A stretch of 64,000 nucleotides of DNA from Candidatus Woesearchaeota archaeon. GTDB lineage: Archaea > Nanobdellota > Nanobdellia > Woesearchaeales > SM23-78. The notes below the pieces were generated by a model, which saw only the letters and a program-made list of their open reading frames with translations, was not told the DNA's origin and ran no database searches. Positions 17,240 through 25,658 of the stretch are shown here, one piece after another (the stretch's first letter is position 1; each line of letters starts with the position of its first letter). The position numbers and the translations under genes were made by a program. The stretch covers positions 6,691-70,690 of the forward strand of contig JAFGGS010000003.1 in the NCBI GenBank assembly GCA_016930415.1, written 5' to 3'.

Positions 17240-18745
17240 ATGAGATTAAGATGGGCACTTCTTGGAATAATAATGCTTGGAACCTTCTTAAGCGTTTCTA
17301 ATATCAGCTCTGATTCCATGTGGCTCGACGAGGGACAAAGCGTGTTCTACGCCACGCGGTCGTTCACAAACCTGATTGGCCACGTCCTTCATGAGTTGCA
17401 GCAGCCAGGATATTTTATCCTGCTAAGAGGGTGGTTTTCTGTCTTTGGCGTCAGTGACCTCTCAGGAAAGCTTCTCTCAGCAGCATTCTGTCCTATCATA
17501 ATAATCCTGACTTACTTGCTGGGAAAGGAGCTTTTCAGCGAGAAGGTGGGAATATCTGCTGCGTTTTTCACAGCGATCTCCCCCTTGCTGATAGAGCAGT
17601 ACCAGCAAGTCAGGGACTACTCCCTTTTCGCCGCACTATGCCTAGCCTCGTTCTATTTCATGGTGCTGATGATGAAGACCGACTACAAGAAATACCGCTG
17701 GCATCACGCAGTCTGCACTACCTGTGCCTTGTACACTCATGATCTCGCCACGTGGTCCATCATATGCCAGAATGCGTGGGTCATCTGGAGAAAAAGATTC
17801 AGCAGGAAATGGCTCCTTCAGCAGGTCATGGTCGGTTTCTTATTCATACCCGGCGCGATCCTATTCGCGATACAATTCCTGACATTTTATCCGAGGCAGA
17901 CTGAAGCTATGGGCAAACTGTTTCATGAGGGATTCTGGAGCACGGTATGGGCTAATATAACGCAAGTCTTTGGCAACGCAATCATGCTTGTCAGTGTATT
18001 CATACTGCTGGCGACGATCATTGTTCTCAGGATAAGAAAGAAGATGAATATGGAGAGAAAAGAGGAGGAATCGCTGCAGCTGGTTCTCACGTGGGTCTTT
18101 GTACCATTAATCCTTGCCATCTGCCTCTCAGTGATATGGGCGCTCATCCATAAGAGATACTTGGTCTTTATAGTGCCCGGCATATCCATCCTGGCATCTT
18201 ATCTCATCTTCAAGGTTTTCACCAAGAGAAATATTGCCATCACAGCGATATTTATCCTGGCAGTTTCCATGGCTTTTAGCATCGCGGACAGATTCACGCA
18301 GCACTGGACTCCTGAATGGGAAGAGGTTGCCCAATTCATGCATGAGAATGCAGGCCCTAACGATACCATCATCATATATCCTGGCTGGGAGTATGCCATC
18401 TTCACATATTATATGACCCCCGCGTGTTTTTTACTCCCTCCGGAACAGGGTTTTCCTGACATAACAACATGCAATTTCAGGAATAACATATTCTTTCCTG
18501 ATTGGGATGAAGGGCGTTTATGGGATGACTTAAGAATTGATTCTGGGCGGGATGGCTTGAGAACAAATTCTGGTGAGAGATTCCTGACATTAGGAGAGCT
18601 CGCAGAAAAAGCGGATTGGCTCATCTTAATCAAGTACAGCGATGACTATCCCATACTGGACAATGCAACAAGCTATTTTAAGACAAAAAAAGATGTGACT
18701 GAAGCCAGAAAATTCACGAGCCTGATCGTGTATAAGCTTACTTAA
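17240..18745 (+). CDS. GT-C fold membrane glycosyltransferase (PMT/ArnT-like)
   Basis: SMWLDE after the first TM helix, QQPGYF, QQVRDYS, RYL; about 11 TM segments. Confidence 0.82.
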   Translation: MRLRWALLGIIMLGTFLSVSNISSDSMWLDEGQSVFYATRSFTNLIGHVLHELQQPGYFILLRGWFSVFGVSDLSGKLLSAAFCPIIIILTYLLGKELFSEKVGISAAFFTAISPLLIEQYQQVRDYSLFAALCLASFYFMVLMMKTDYKKYRWHHAVCTTCALYTHDLATWSIICQNAWVIWRKRFSRKWLLQQVMVGFLFIPGAILFAIQFLTFYPRQTEAMGKLFHEGFWSTVWANITQVFGNAIMLVSVFILLATIIVLRIRKKMNMERKEEESLQLVLTWVFVPLILAICLSVIWALIHKRYLVFIVPGISILASYLIFKVFTKRNIAITAIFILAVSMAFSIADRFTQHWTPEWEEVAQFMHENAGPNDTIIIYPGWEYAIFTYYMTPACFLLPPEQGFPDITTCNFRNNIFFPDWDEGRLWDDLRIDSGRDGLRTNSGERFLTLGELAEKADWLILIKYSDDYPILDNATSYFKTKKDVTEARKFTSLIVYKLT

Positions 18746-20486
18746 CAGTCACTGACTTCGCCAGGTTTCTTGGCTTGTCTATCTCTCTTCCAAGCGCGTC
18801 TGCCGCGTAGTATGCAAGCAGCTGTCCTGCGACGCATGCTAGTATCCCGAACTTTCCGTCGTTGTCCGTGTCTATGAAAACAACGTCTTTTATCTTGGCC
18901 TTCCCCTTCTTTCCTTGGTAATCAGGGTTGTTCGTGATGATTATCATCTTAGCGCCCCTTGCTTCGACTTCCTTGCTGTTCGAGATCATGTCCTCGTCCT
19001 TGCACCCGATCAGGCTTATGACTGGCGTGCCTTTCTCTATGAGGGCTATCGTGCCGTGCTTTAGCTCTCCACCCATCATTCCTTCTGCGTGGATGTAGGT
19101 TATCTCCTTGACCTTAAGCGCGATCTCCCTCGCGACCGGATAAGTTTGTCCTCTTCCCAGGATGTACGCGTCTTTTGACCTAGACATATCCTTGGCGATC
19201 CTTCTTATCTCATCTTTTTGCGCTATCAAGCCTTTTATCTTCTCAGCGAGGTTCGCGAGGTTCGCCTTGTAGCCAAACTCCTGGGCTAGCCTTAGGAGCA
19301 GCGCGGCTTGGTTGACGAAGGCTTTGGTGCTCGCGACAGCTACTTCCTGTCCTGCCATGATGCTTAGCGAGAGGGCGCTCATCCTCTGGATCGTCGAGTA
19401 GGGCACGTTCACAAGGCTTACTACCTTGGCTTTCTTCTCCTGAGCGTATTTGAGAGCGTCTATGACGTCCATAGTCTCTCCGCTCTGGCTTATCGCGATG
19501 ACTAAGGTGTCCGCATCGACGTTCGCGTAGTGCTTGAACTCAGAGGCTATCAGGGTCTGGGCTTCTATGCCTGTCGTGTGCAGGTAGAACGCTCCCAGGA
19601 GCGATGCGTGGTAGCTCGTGCCGCACGCCGCGAAGATTATCTTCCTGGACTTCTTGACCAGGGAAACGAGTCTTCTGAAAGCCTCTTTCTGCTCGTGCTC
19701 AAGCGAGAGCAGCATCCTGGCGACGACCAAGGGCTCTTCCTCTATCTCTTTTAGCATGAAGTGCTTGTAGGCTCTCTTTTCAGAGTCTTCCTGCTGCCAG
19801 GTGAAGGACGTCACGTCTTTCCTGATCCTCTTCCCGTCTTTGGCGTAGAACTCGTATGACCCTTTCTTGATGACTGCGTACTCGTCATTCTCGAAGAAGA
19901 TGGCCTTGGTAGTGATATCTGAGAACGCGTAGATGTCAGATGCCAGGATGAGCTTGTCCTCGCACATGCCAAGGACCAGCGGCGAGTCCCTCTTGATGGC
20001 GTAGATTGAGTCATCGCCCTTTATCATCATCAGTATCGCGAATGTGCCATGGGCTTCCTTTAGGAAGTCCGAGATTGCCCTCTTCACGTCTTTCTTCTCT
20101 TTCAGCTTCTCCTCGAAGTAGTGCGCGACGACCTCAGAGTCCGTCTCTGAAGAGAACTCGTGGCCCTTCTTCTCAAGCATCACTTTCAGGTCCTTGTAGT
20201 TCTCGATTATGCCGTTGTGAGCGATGACGACCTCGTCGTCGCAGCCCATGTGCGGGTGCGCGTTCTCGCTCGTGACTCCGCCGTGAGTCGCCCATCTCGT
20301 GTGCGCAATCCCAATCCTCGTCTTGCCTTCGCCTGCAACGATTATCTCTCCAAGGTTCCTCTTCAGGGACGTCGAGTCGTAGTAGCCGTAAGAATCATAG
20401 CCGCGGTACTCAAGCCGCTTCAGCCTTTCAAGAAGGAACCTTGAGGGAAATTCATCTCTTGAGACCACACCTATTATTCCACACAA
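18738..20486 (-). CDS. glmS: Glutamine--fructose-6-phosphate aminotransferase
   Basis: TTG start with SD GAGGGTGA; CGIIG, LEYRGYDS, HTRWATHG, SQSGET, ELKHG, PRNLAKSVTV. Confidence 0.96.
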   Translation of the reverse strand: MCGIIGVVSRDEFPSRFLLERLKRLEYRGYDSYGYYDSTSLKRNLGEIIVAGEGKTRIGIAHTRWATHGGVTSENAHPHMGCDDEVVIAHNGIIENYKDLKVMLEKKGHEFSSETDSEVVAHYFEEKLKEKKDVKRAISDFLKEAHGTFAILMMIKGDDSIYAIKRDSPLVLGMCEDKLILASDIYAFSDITTKAIFFENDEYAVIKKGSYEFYAKDGKRIRKDVTSFTWQQEDSEKRAYKHFMLKEIEEEPLVVARMLLSLEHEQKEAFRRLVSLVKKSRKIIFAACGTSYHASLLGAFYLHTTGIEAQTLIASEFKHYANVDADTLVIAISQSGETMDVIDALKYAQEKKAKVVSLVNVPYSTIQRMSALSLSIMAGQEVAVASTKAFVNQAALLLRLAQEFGYKANLANLAEKIKGLIAQKDEIRRIAKDMSRSKDAYILGRGQTYPVAREIALKVKEITYIHAEGMMGGELKHGTIALIEKGTPVISLIGCKDEDMISNSKEVEARGAKMIIITNNPDYQGKKGKAKIKDVVFIDTDNDGKFGILACVAGQLLAYYAADALGREIDKPRNLAKSVTVK

Positions 20487-20498
20487 AAAAGATCACCC

Positions 20499-21122
20499 TC
20501 AGTATCTTGCGATTATGCCTTTGAGCTCTGCTAAGCCTTTTATCTTATGATCATAGTTGCCTTCCCTCATGCCCTCGTGCCTCAGTATCTGGACAGATAC
20601 TATTCCGAGGTTCTTCGCCCCTATCAGCTCGGAGTCAGGGTTGTCGCCCACCACCACGACCTCGCCTGGCTTGAGGGATTTCTCCTTCATGAGCCTCTCG
20701 AATATTATCTCCTTGTTCTTCGGGCTGCTCGAGTCGTCTATTATTACCTCTTCGAAGTAATCCCTTATGCCTAGCAGGTCTACCTTCTCCTGCTGGACTT
20801 TTGGAATCCCTGACGTCACGAGTATCTTCTCTCCAGGCAGCTCTAGCAGCAGCTTTGCGTCATCATAAGGCTTGATGTGCCTCATGTCCATGAACTCGTA
20901 AGCCTCCATCCCTACCATGACGACGTCTGGATTGAGTCCTAGCTGGTCTGCGAGTATCTTAAAACCAGTGTAGGCGTATCTCTCCCTGAGTGCTTTCTCC
21001 TGCTCTGGCGTCATGCCAGCAGCCCTCATCCTCTGGAACATGTCTCCCAGCACAGGCTTGCTCAGTTGGTTATAAGTGTCAAAGAGCGTGTTGTCCAGGT
21101 CGAATATTATCAGTTTTATCAT
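20499..21122 (-). CDS. HAD-superfamily hydrolase (subfamily IA)
   Basis: IFDLDNTLFD, LVTSG, VGDNPDSEL. Confidence 0.88.
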   Translation of the reverse strand: MIKLIIFDLDNTLFDTYNQLSKPVLGDMFQRMRAAGMTPEQEKALRERYAYTGFKILADQLGLNPDVVMVGMEAYEFMDMRHIKPYDDAKLLLELPGEKILVTSGIPKVQQEKVDLLGIRDYFEEVIIDDSSSPKNKEIIFERLMKEKSLKPGEVVVVGDNPDSELIGAKNLGIVSVQILRHEGMREGNYDHKIKGLAELKGIIARY

Positions 21123-21151
21123 CTTGTTCTCCAATGCTTGTCTTTGATTCC

Positions 21152-22096
21152 TTAGATGTTTATTATCGTTTTTGCGAGCTTGTCTGAGTCGTGCCTTGCG
21201 AGGTTGCCGTAATCCAAGAGGTCTGTCTTGATGACTTTAACTCTCCTGGCAGCCAGGTCAGGCGCTATGAACCTGGACCCCTCGCTCTCATAAGGCTTGA
21301 GCGTCTTTGCAGCCGGCTTCTTGTTGTTCAATAAGACGTAGCCTATCACTCCTTTTCCGACGTATTTCTCGGCTTCCTTCAGGAAGTCGCTCGCCTTGAA
21401 GTCTGTCGTCTCGCCGTACTTGTTCATGATGTTGCACACGAATATCTTCTTGGCCTTAGAGTCTGACAGCGCTTTCTTTATGCCGCCGACCAGGATGTTT
21501 GCGAGCACGCTCGTGTACAAGTCGCCTGGTCCGATTATTATCTTATCAGCTTTCAGGATCGCTTTTATTGCTTCAGGGTTCGCCTTTGCCTTGGGCACTA
21601 TGAATAGTTTCTTAATCTTCAGGTCAGGGTTGTGCCTTGGGATGTCTATGTTGGTCTCGCTCACGACTACTTGGCCGTTCTCAAGGACTGCTCCGATGTG
21701 CGCGTTAGTCAGCGTGACTGGGACGACGCGGCCTTTTATGTTGAGGAGCTTCGAGGCTTCCTCCACAGCGTCCTTCTCGTTCCCTGCAATGTCCCTTATG
21801 GCTGTCAGGAGGAGGTTTCCTAAGTTGTGCCCTCCAACCCCTCCTTTCTCGAACCGGTACTCGAATAGCTTTCGCAGGAAAGATGAGTCCTCGCTTAAAG
21901 CGATAAGGCACCTTCTGGTGTCTCCTTGAGGCAGGTAGCCGTACTCGTCACGGAGTTTGCCTGCGCTCCCCCCAGAATCCATCATCGAGACGACGGCTGT
22001 TATCTCGACGTCGTGCTTCTTGAGTCCTCGAAGGACAATGTAAGAGCCAGTGCCACCACCGATGACTACAATCTTCTGCTTCTTTGACTTCGCCAT
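21152..22096 (-). CDS. YvcK/GlmR family protein (UPF0052, UDP-GlcNAc binding)
   Basis: GGGTG, DSGGSAGKLR, GHNLGNL, GPGDLYTSV, GET, RHD motifs. Confidence 0.88.
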   Translation of the reverse strand: MAKSKKQKIVVIGGGTGSYIVLRGLKKHDVEITAVVSMMDSGGSAGKLRDEYGYLPQGDTRRCLIALSEDSSFLRKLFEYRFEKGGVGGHNLGNLLLTAIRDIAGNEKDAVEEASKLLNIKGRVVPVTLTNAHIGAVLENGQVVVSETNIDIPRHNPDLKIKKLFIVPKAKANPEAIKAILKADKIIIGPGDLYTSVLANILVGGIKKALSDSKAKKIFVCNIMNKYGETTDFKASDFLKEAEKYVGKGVIGYVLLNNKKPAAKTLKPYESEGSRFIAPDLAARRVKVIKTDLLDYGNLARHDSDKLAKTIINI

Positions 22097-22172
22097 TGGA
22101 GAAGAGAGTGGACTGGCAGGTTTATATGTTTAATGAAAAGCAGATTCAGTAAGAATTATGCTAAGACTGAGG

Positions 22173-22451
22173 CTACAGTCCGAACGTCTTCTCGAACTCT
22201 CTCATCTGGTTGAATTGGTTGATGAACGCTATCCCCTTGTCGGTTATCGTCAGCACCTTGCGCGCTTCCTTCCCTTCCGTGTCTTCGGCGACCAGTCCTT
22301 TCGATGACAGCTCTTCCAGGTATTGTTTCATCTGGTTGTGGCTTAGGTTCGCCTTGTACATGAGGTGCGTGGGCTTGATCCTGCCGCCTTTCCTGTTTAT
22401 GGTCAGGAGCATGTCGTATATTATCTCTATCCTACTTCTTTTTCCTTGCAT
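22173..22451 (-). CDS. Archaeal winged-helix transcriptional regulator
   Basis: KRSRIEIIYDML...KPTHLMYKANLS...YLEEL...ITDKG. Confidence 0.85.
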   Translation of the reverse strand: MQGKRSRIEIIYDMLLTINRKGGRIKPTHLMYKANLSHNQMKQYLEELSSKGLVAEDTEGKEARKVLTITDKGIAFINQFNQMREFEKTFGL

Positions 22452-23100
22452 TTTTCAGTACCATGATGAAGGTGTATAGGAGGAAGCAGTATCCTAGCAG
22501 TTGGATGGCTTCGGCGGCGACGTACACCCACCTGTCGGTGTATGTGAATGTGAAGAATACTTGGCTGAGCGTTATTATCGAGAAGCTTATGGCTAGGAGT
22601 TTCGTGTTCTTGTACTTGTGCTCCTTGTATGCCAGGACGTATCGCCTGGTCGAGGCCAGGAGGAAGATGACTGCCGTGACGTGGAACCAGTGGTAGTTGA
22701 ACCTGGCGAAGTATGCTAGTATGAGTATGAAGTAGGCCATGATCACGTAGTTCATGGTCAGGTCGTCTTTCGATGTCAGGGCGTATAGTATGTAGAACCC
22801 GAACAGGGTGAGGAATAGATGGGCTAGGAATCCTGCTGCCAGGTATTGGTGGTATAGCGTGGGCGCGCTCTCGCTGTGCGTGAGTACGTTCGTGGCTATC
22901 TTGACTAGGAAGCTTGCAGCCAATACCAGGAAGGCTGATGATAACAATAGCTGCTTCTTGCTTCGCTTGTCCAGCAGGAAGTTCTTGAAGCAGAAGAATC
23001 CTATCAGGAGGACTACGAGTGCGCTCACGACGTCTATCGCGATGTCTTTCCCGTAGAAGCCTGGCGGGCTTAAGGTTACGAAGTCAAGCCAGTAGACCAT
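22432..23100 (-). CDS. Polytopic (~7 TM) membrane protein overlapping the wHTH gene
   Basis: Seven hydrophobic segments; TATA at ~23128-23135 gives a leaderless start; 20-nt overlap with the downstream regulator. Confidence 0.8.
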   Translation of the reverse strand: MVYWLDFVTLSPPGFYGKDIAIDVVSALVVLLIGFFCFKNFLLDKRSKKQLLLSSAFLVLAASFLVKIATNVLTHSESAPTLYHQYLAAGFLAHLFLTLFGFYILYALTSKDDLTMNYVIMAYFILILAYFARFNYHWFHVTAVIFLLASTRRYVLAYKEHKYKNTKLLAISFSIITLSQVFFTFTYTDRWVYVAAEAIQLLGYCFLLYTFIMVLKNARKKK

Positions 23101-23203
23101 TATAGAGTAAATAAATAGCCTGGGCGGTTTAAAAATCTTGTGGAACGGTTTTCAGGTTTTTCCCTTCACAGGGTATTTATTAATGCTTTCCCAGGGTATT
23201 CTT

Positions 23204-23476
23204 ATGAGAACAGCTTTTCCCTCGGAAGATGGCTGGTGCGGTTGCACTGGCAAAGCTTTTGGCCTAGGCCTTGATGGCTTGGGAGAGAAGGATCCTTCCA
23301 AGAGGCTTTTTCATGATGACTGCTGTCTAAACTTTTTCTCAACCTCCGTTGCAGACAGTCCTGTGGCTCGCGAGGCTGAGGATGCGGCTGACCCTGCATT
23401 TGCTGGGTTGTCTGACTTCGAGATCAGCTTTCTCGAGAACAAGAGAAGGCGCAGTAGGAGAACAGTGTTAGGTTAG
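23204..23476 (+). CDS. Possible hypothetical protein
   Basis: TATA-like TATTTATTAA about 20-30 nt upstream of the ATG; no recognisable motif. Confidence 0.35.
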   Translation: MRTAFPSEDGWCGCTGKAFGLGLDGLGEKDPSKRLFHDDCCLNFFSTSVADSPVAREAEDAADPAFAGLSDFEISFLENKRRRSRRTVLG

Positions 23477-23521
23477 CCCCCTAAGTGCTTTTCGCTTCGA
23501 AGATCAGGCTTCAAGAGCCCC

Positions 23522-23926
23522 TCAGCCCCGCAGTATCAGGCTTATCGTGAACTTGTAGAGCATGATCGCCAGGAAGACGTATACTAGCGAGCTGTGCACT
23601 CCGAACATGACCAGTATGAAGTAGAGTCCTGCTATGAAGTCCAGGACTGATAAGAAGCTCCCTCTGAAGAGTATCCCTTTCCCCATCCAGAAGAATGCGC
23701 CTCCAAGGGCTGCTCTCCAGCTGTGCAGCACGCCTAGGTGGGTGAGCAACATGAGGATTGCGAAGGTCACGTCGGCTGCTACCAGGAACAGTAAAAATAC
23801 CATTTGTTTCTCTCTCTTCGTTGTTTTCTCGTCTGCTCTAGGGTACTGCGCTTGCGCTTTTATGTCTTTAGGTGGCGTATGAGGCTCTTTGCTTCTGGCA
23901 CGCAGCCAAACCCAATCAAAAACCAT
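23522..23926 (-). CDS. Hypothetical membrane protein (~4 TM)
   Basis: Hydrophobic C-terminal two-thirds; TATA at 23951-23958 suggests a leaderless start at 23926. Confidence 0.7.
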   Translation of the reverse strand: MVFDWVWLRARSKEPHTPPKDIKAQAQYPRADEKTTKREKQMVFLLFLVAADVTFAILMLLTHLGVLHSWRAALGGAFFWMGKGILFRGSFLSVLDFIAGLYFILVMFGVHSSLVYVFLAIMLYKFTISLILRG

Positions 23927-24025
23927 TATTGAGTGGTAACTACAGAAAGATTTAAAAAATAGCCTGTCATCGCCTAAGGGAAGGAGCGGCCAAGGCCGCA
24001 AGATTCAATCGGAGGAGAAGACAAT

Positions 24026-24400
24026 ATGTATGAGAAGGCGACAACTGGTTATCAACTAGTAAGAGGCGAAAGGATAGGGCGAGCGGATATTGGCAAGGTA
24101 CTTGGAGCGATCCCGAGCGACGCAGAGGGAACCTTCAGGCCAATCAATAAGGAGAGTAGACCCATAACTCCGAAGGAGGCCAGCGAGTACCTCCGCAATC
24201 TAATGCCAAACCCATCGCTCAACGAGCCCAGTGCATTCTACCAAGTCATCAAGGGACCGGACGTAGAGAGACACATCCTTGACGTGACAGAGAGACGAGC
24301 CCAGAGCAAGTTCGGAAGGGTCGTTGGTGTCAAAGACATCCACCACGGCACACTTGACTTCGTAGTCCAAAGGGCAGTCAGGGAAGTCAAGGACAACTAA
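24026..24400 (+). CDS. Hypothetical protein
   Basis: SD GGAGGAG, 124-aa ORF. Confidence 0.7.
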   Translation: MYEKATTGYQLVRGERIGRADIGKVLGAIPSDAEGTFRPINKESRPITPKEASEYLRNLMPNPSLNEPSAFYQVIKGPDVERHILDVTERRAQSKFGRVVGVKDIHHGTLDFVVQRAVREVKDN

Positions 24401-24472
24401 GACCACGCAATTACAGGCTGGCAAATTATTTCCAAAATATCACTCAGCTATCAACATGAGGAGAGATGAAGA

Positions 24473-24880
24473 ATGCTTTCAAGACAATTACTCAGCTTAC
24501 TCTCCGGCAGGAGGAGGGCAATCTCGCACGAGATATCCTTTTCTGAAGCGCTGTCGCTGATACACTCCAGGAGCAGCGGATTGGTGAACATAGTCGGTCT
24601 GGATTCAGAAACACACGACCCATTGATAGGTGAGATGCGAAGGGAGCGCGCCATCTACGGTCTTGAGGGAGCCTTCAACAAGCCGGCAGGGGAATACCTC
24701 TCGGTGAAGCATGAGATCTACGTCCCGAAGAATCCTGAGAAAAGCAAGCCAGCATGGCACTTCATCGACTTTGCGCAAGGAAGGCTCAAGACAGTAGATG
24801 ATAAGCCTGTAAGGGAGAAGCCTTACCTCACAGTCACAGTCGACTTCTACGAGAAGCCAAGAGCAGACAATCGATCATAG
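24473..24880 (+). CDS. Hypothetical protein
   Basis: SD GAGGAG, 135-aa ORF. Confidence 0.65.
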   Translation: MLSRQLLSLLSGRRRAISHEISFSEALSLIHSRSSGLVNIVGLDSETHDPLIGEMRRERAIYGLEGAFNKPAGEYLSVKHEIYVPKNPEKSKPAWHFIDFAQGRLKTVDDKPVREKPYLTVTVDFYEKPRADNRS

Positions 24881-24885
24881 ACGCA

Positions 24886-25407
24886 TCAATACTCTATCCC
24901 CTTCCTCGCCAGCACCCCCTCATCGTATGGGTGGCGTATCTTGTTCACTTCGCTTATGTAGTCTGCGATTGCGAGCACTTCTTCTGGGAAGTTCCTGCCT
25001 GTCATGACTAGCTCCAGGCTTTCAGGCTTATCTTTAACGAGTGCCAGGACAACGTTTGACTCTATCATCCCTGCGGCGAGCGCTGGCCCTAACTCGTCGA
25101 TTATGAACAAGCCATGATATCCGTTCTTTGCTTCAAGAAAAGCGTCTTTCACAAATGCAGTGCAGGCAGCCGCCTTGCCTTTCATCTTAGCCTCAGTCTC
25201 ATTCACGAAGTAAGGATGCTTTGATGAGAATCCAAGATATGTTATGCCGAGTTTCTTCATGCCCTCGACCTCGCAAGCCTCTTCCTTGAAGAGTTGCGCA
25301 TATAATACTTTTGTGCCGAAGCCAGCGGCCCTGACAGCCAGGCCTACAGATGCAGTAGTCTTCCCCTTGCCATCGCCAGTTATGACGTGGATGAGTCCCT
25401 TCTTCAT
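24886..25407 (-). CDS. cobO: Cob(I)alamin adenosyltransferase (CobA/CobO/BtuR)
   Basis: KGLIHVITGDGKGKTTASVG, QLFK, IIDE, ELVMTGR, ADYISE, HPYDEG...ARKGIEY; SD GGAGGA before ATG 25407. Confidence 0.92.
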   Translation of the reverse strand: MKKGLIHVITGDGKGKTTASVGLAVRAAGFGTKVLYAQLFKEEACEVEGMKKLGITYLGFSSKHPYFVNETEAKMKGKAAACTAFVKDAFLEAKNGYHGLFIIDELGPALAAGMIESNVVLALVKDKPESLELVMTGRNFPEEVLAIADYISEVNKIRHPYDEGVLARKGIEY

Positions 25408-25483
25408 GCGTATCCTCCGGAGCGGCATCGAGCAAAGATGAGACTTAGCGACGCCTGAAACCAAAAAGGCTTTCTAAAAAGAT

Positions 25484-25500
25484 AAATGAAAAAAAATAAA
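25484..25500 (-). terminator. U-rich tract (candidate terminator) between the structured RNA and cobO
   Basis: Minus strand TTTATTTTTTTTCATTT directly after the closing stem. Confidence 0.55.
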
Positions 25501-25658
25501 GTAGTATGGGCGGATTTCTCACGAAATCCAGTCGATGCACTCCAGCATCAGCTGCACTTGCTGTAGCTGCAGTCAAAACAGGTAGGCTCCAACCATTTAC
25601 GCTCAGTTGACGCGCATATGCGACTCCTAGCCTTCGGCCGGAGTCCCATCCTAACTAC
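25501..25658 (-). ncRNA. Unassigned multi-hairpin structured RNA in the nrdJ 3' region
   Basis: Closing stem GTAGT..ATGG / CCAT-ACTAC encloses stems at 25622-25645, 25572-25611, 25550-25568, 25534-25549 and 25512-25529 (GGATTTC-GTGA-GAAATCC, GNRA loop). Strand not certain. Confidence 0.55.

Noticed and set aside
20487-20498. glmS ribozyme upstream of glmS
   Set aside because: The intergenic gap is only 12 nt and contains just the SD.
25501-25658. Known cobalamin riboswitch, SECIS, RNase P or SRP identity for the structured RNA
   Set aside because: No GGGAA/GCCACUG B12 motifs, no in-frame UGA in nrdJ, and no RNase P CR-I/CR-V or SRP helix-8 consensus. Kept as unassigned.
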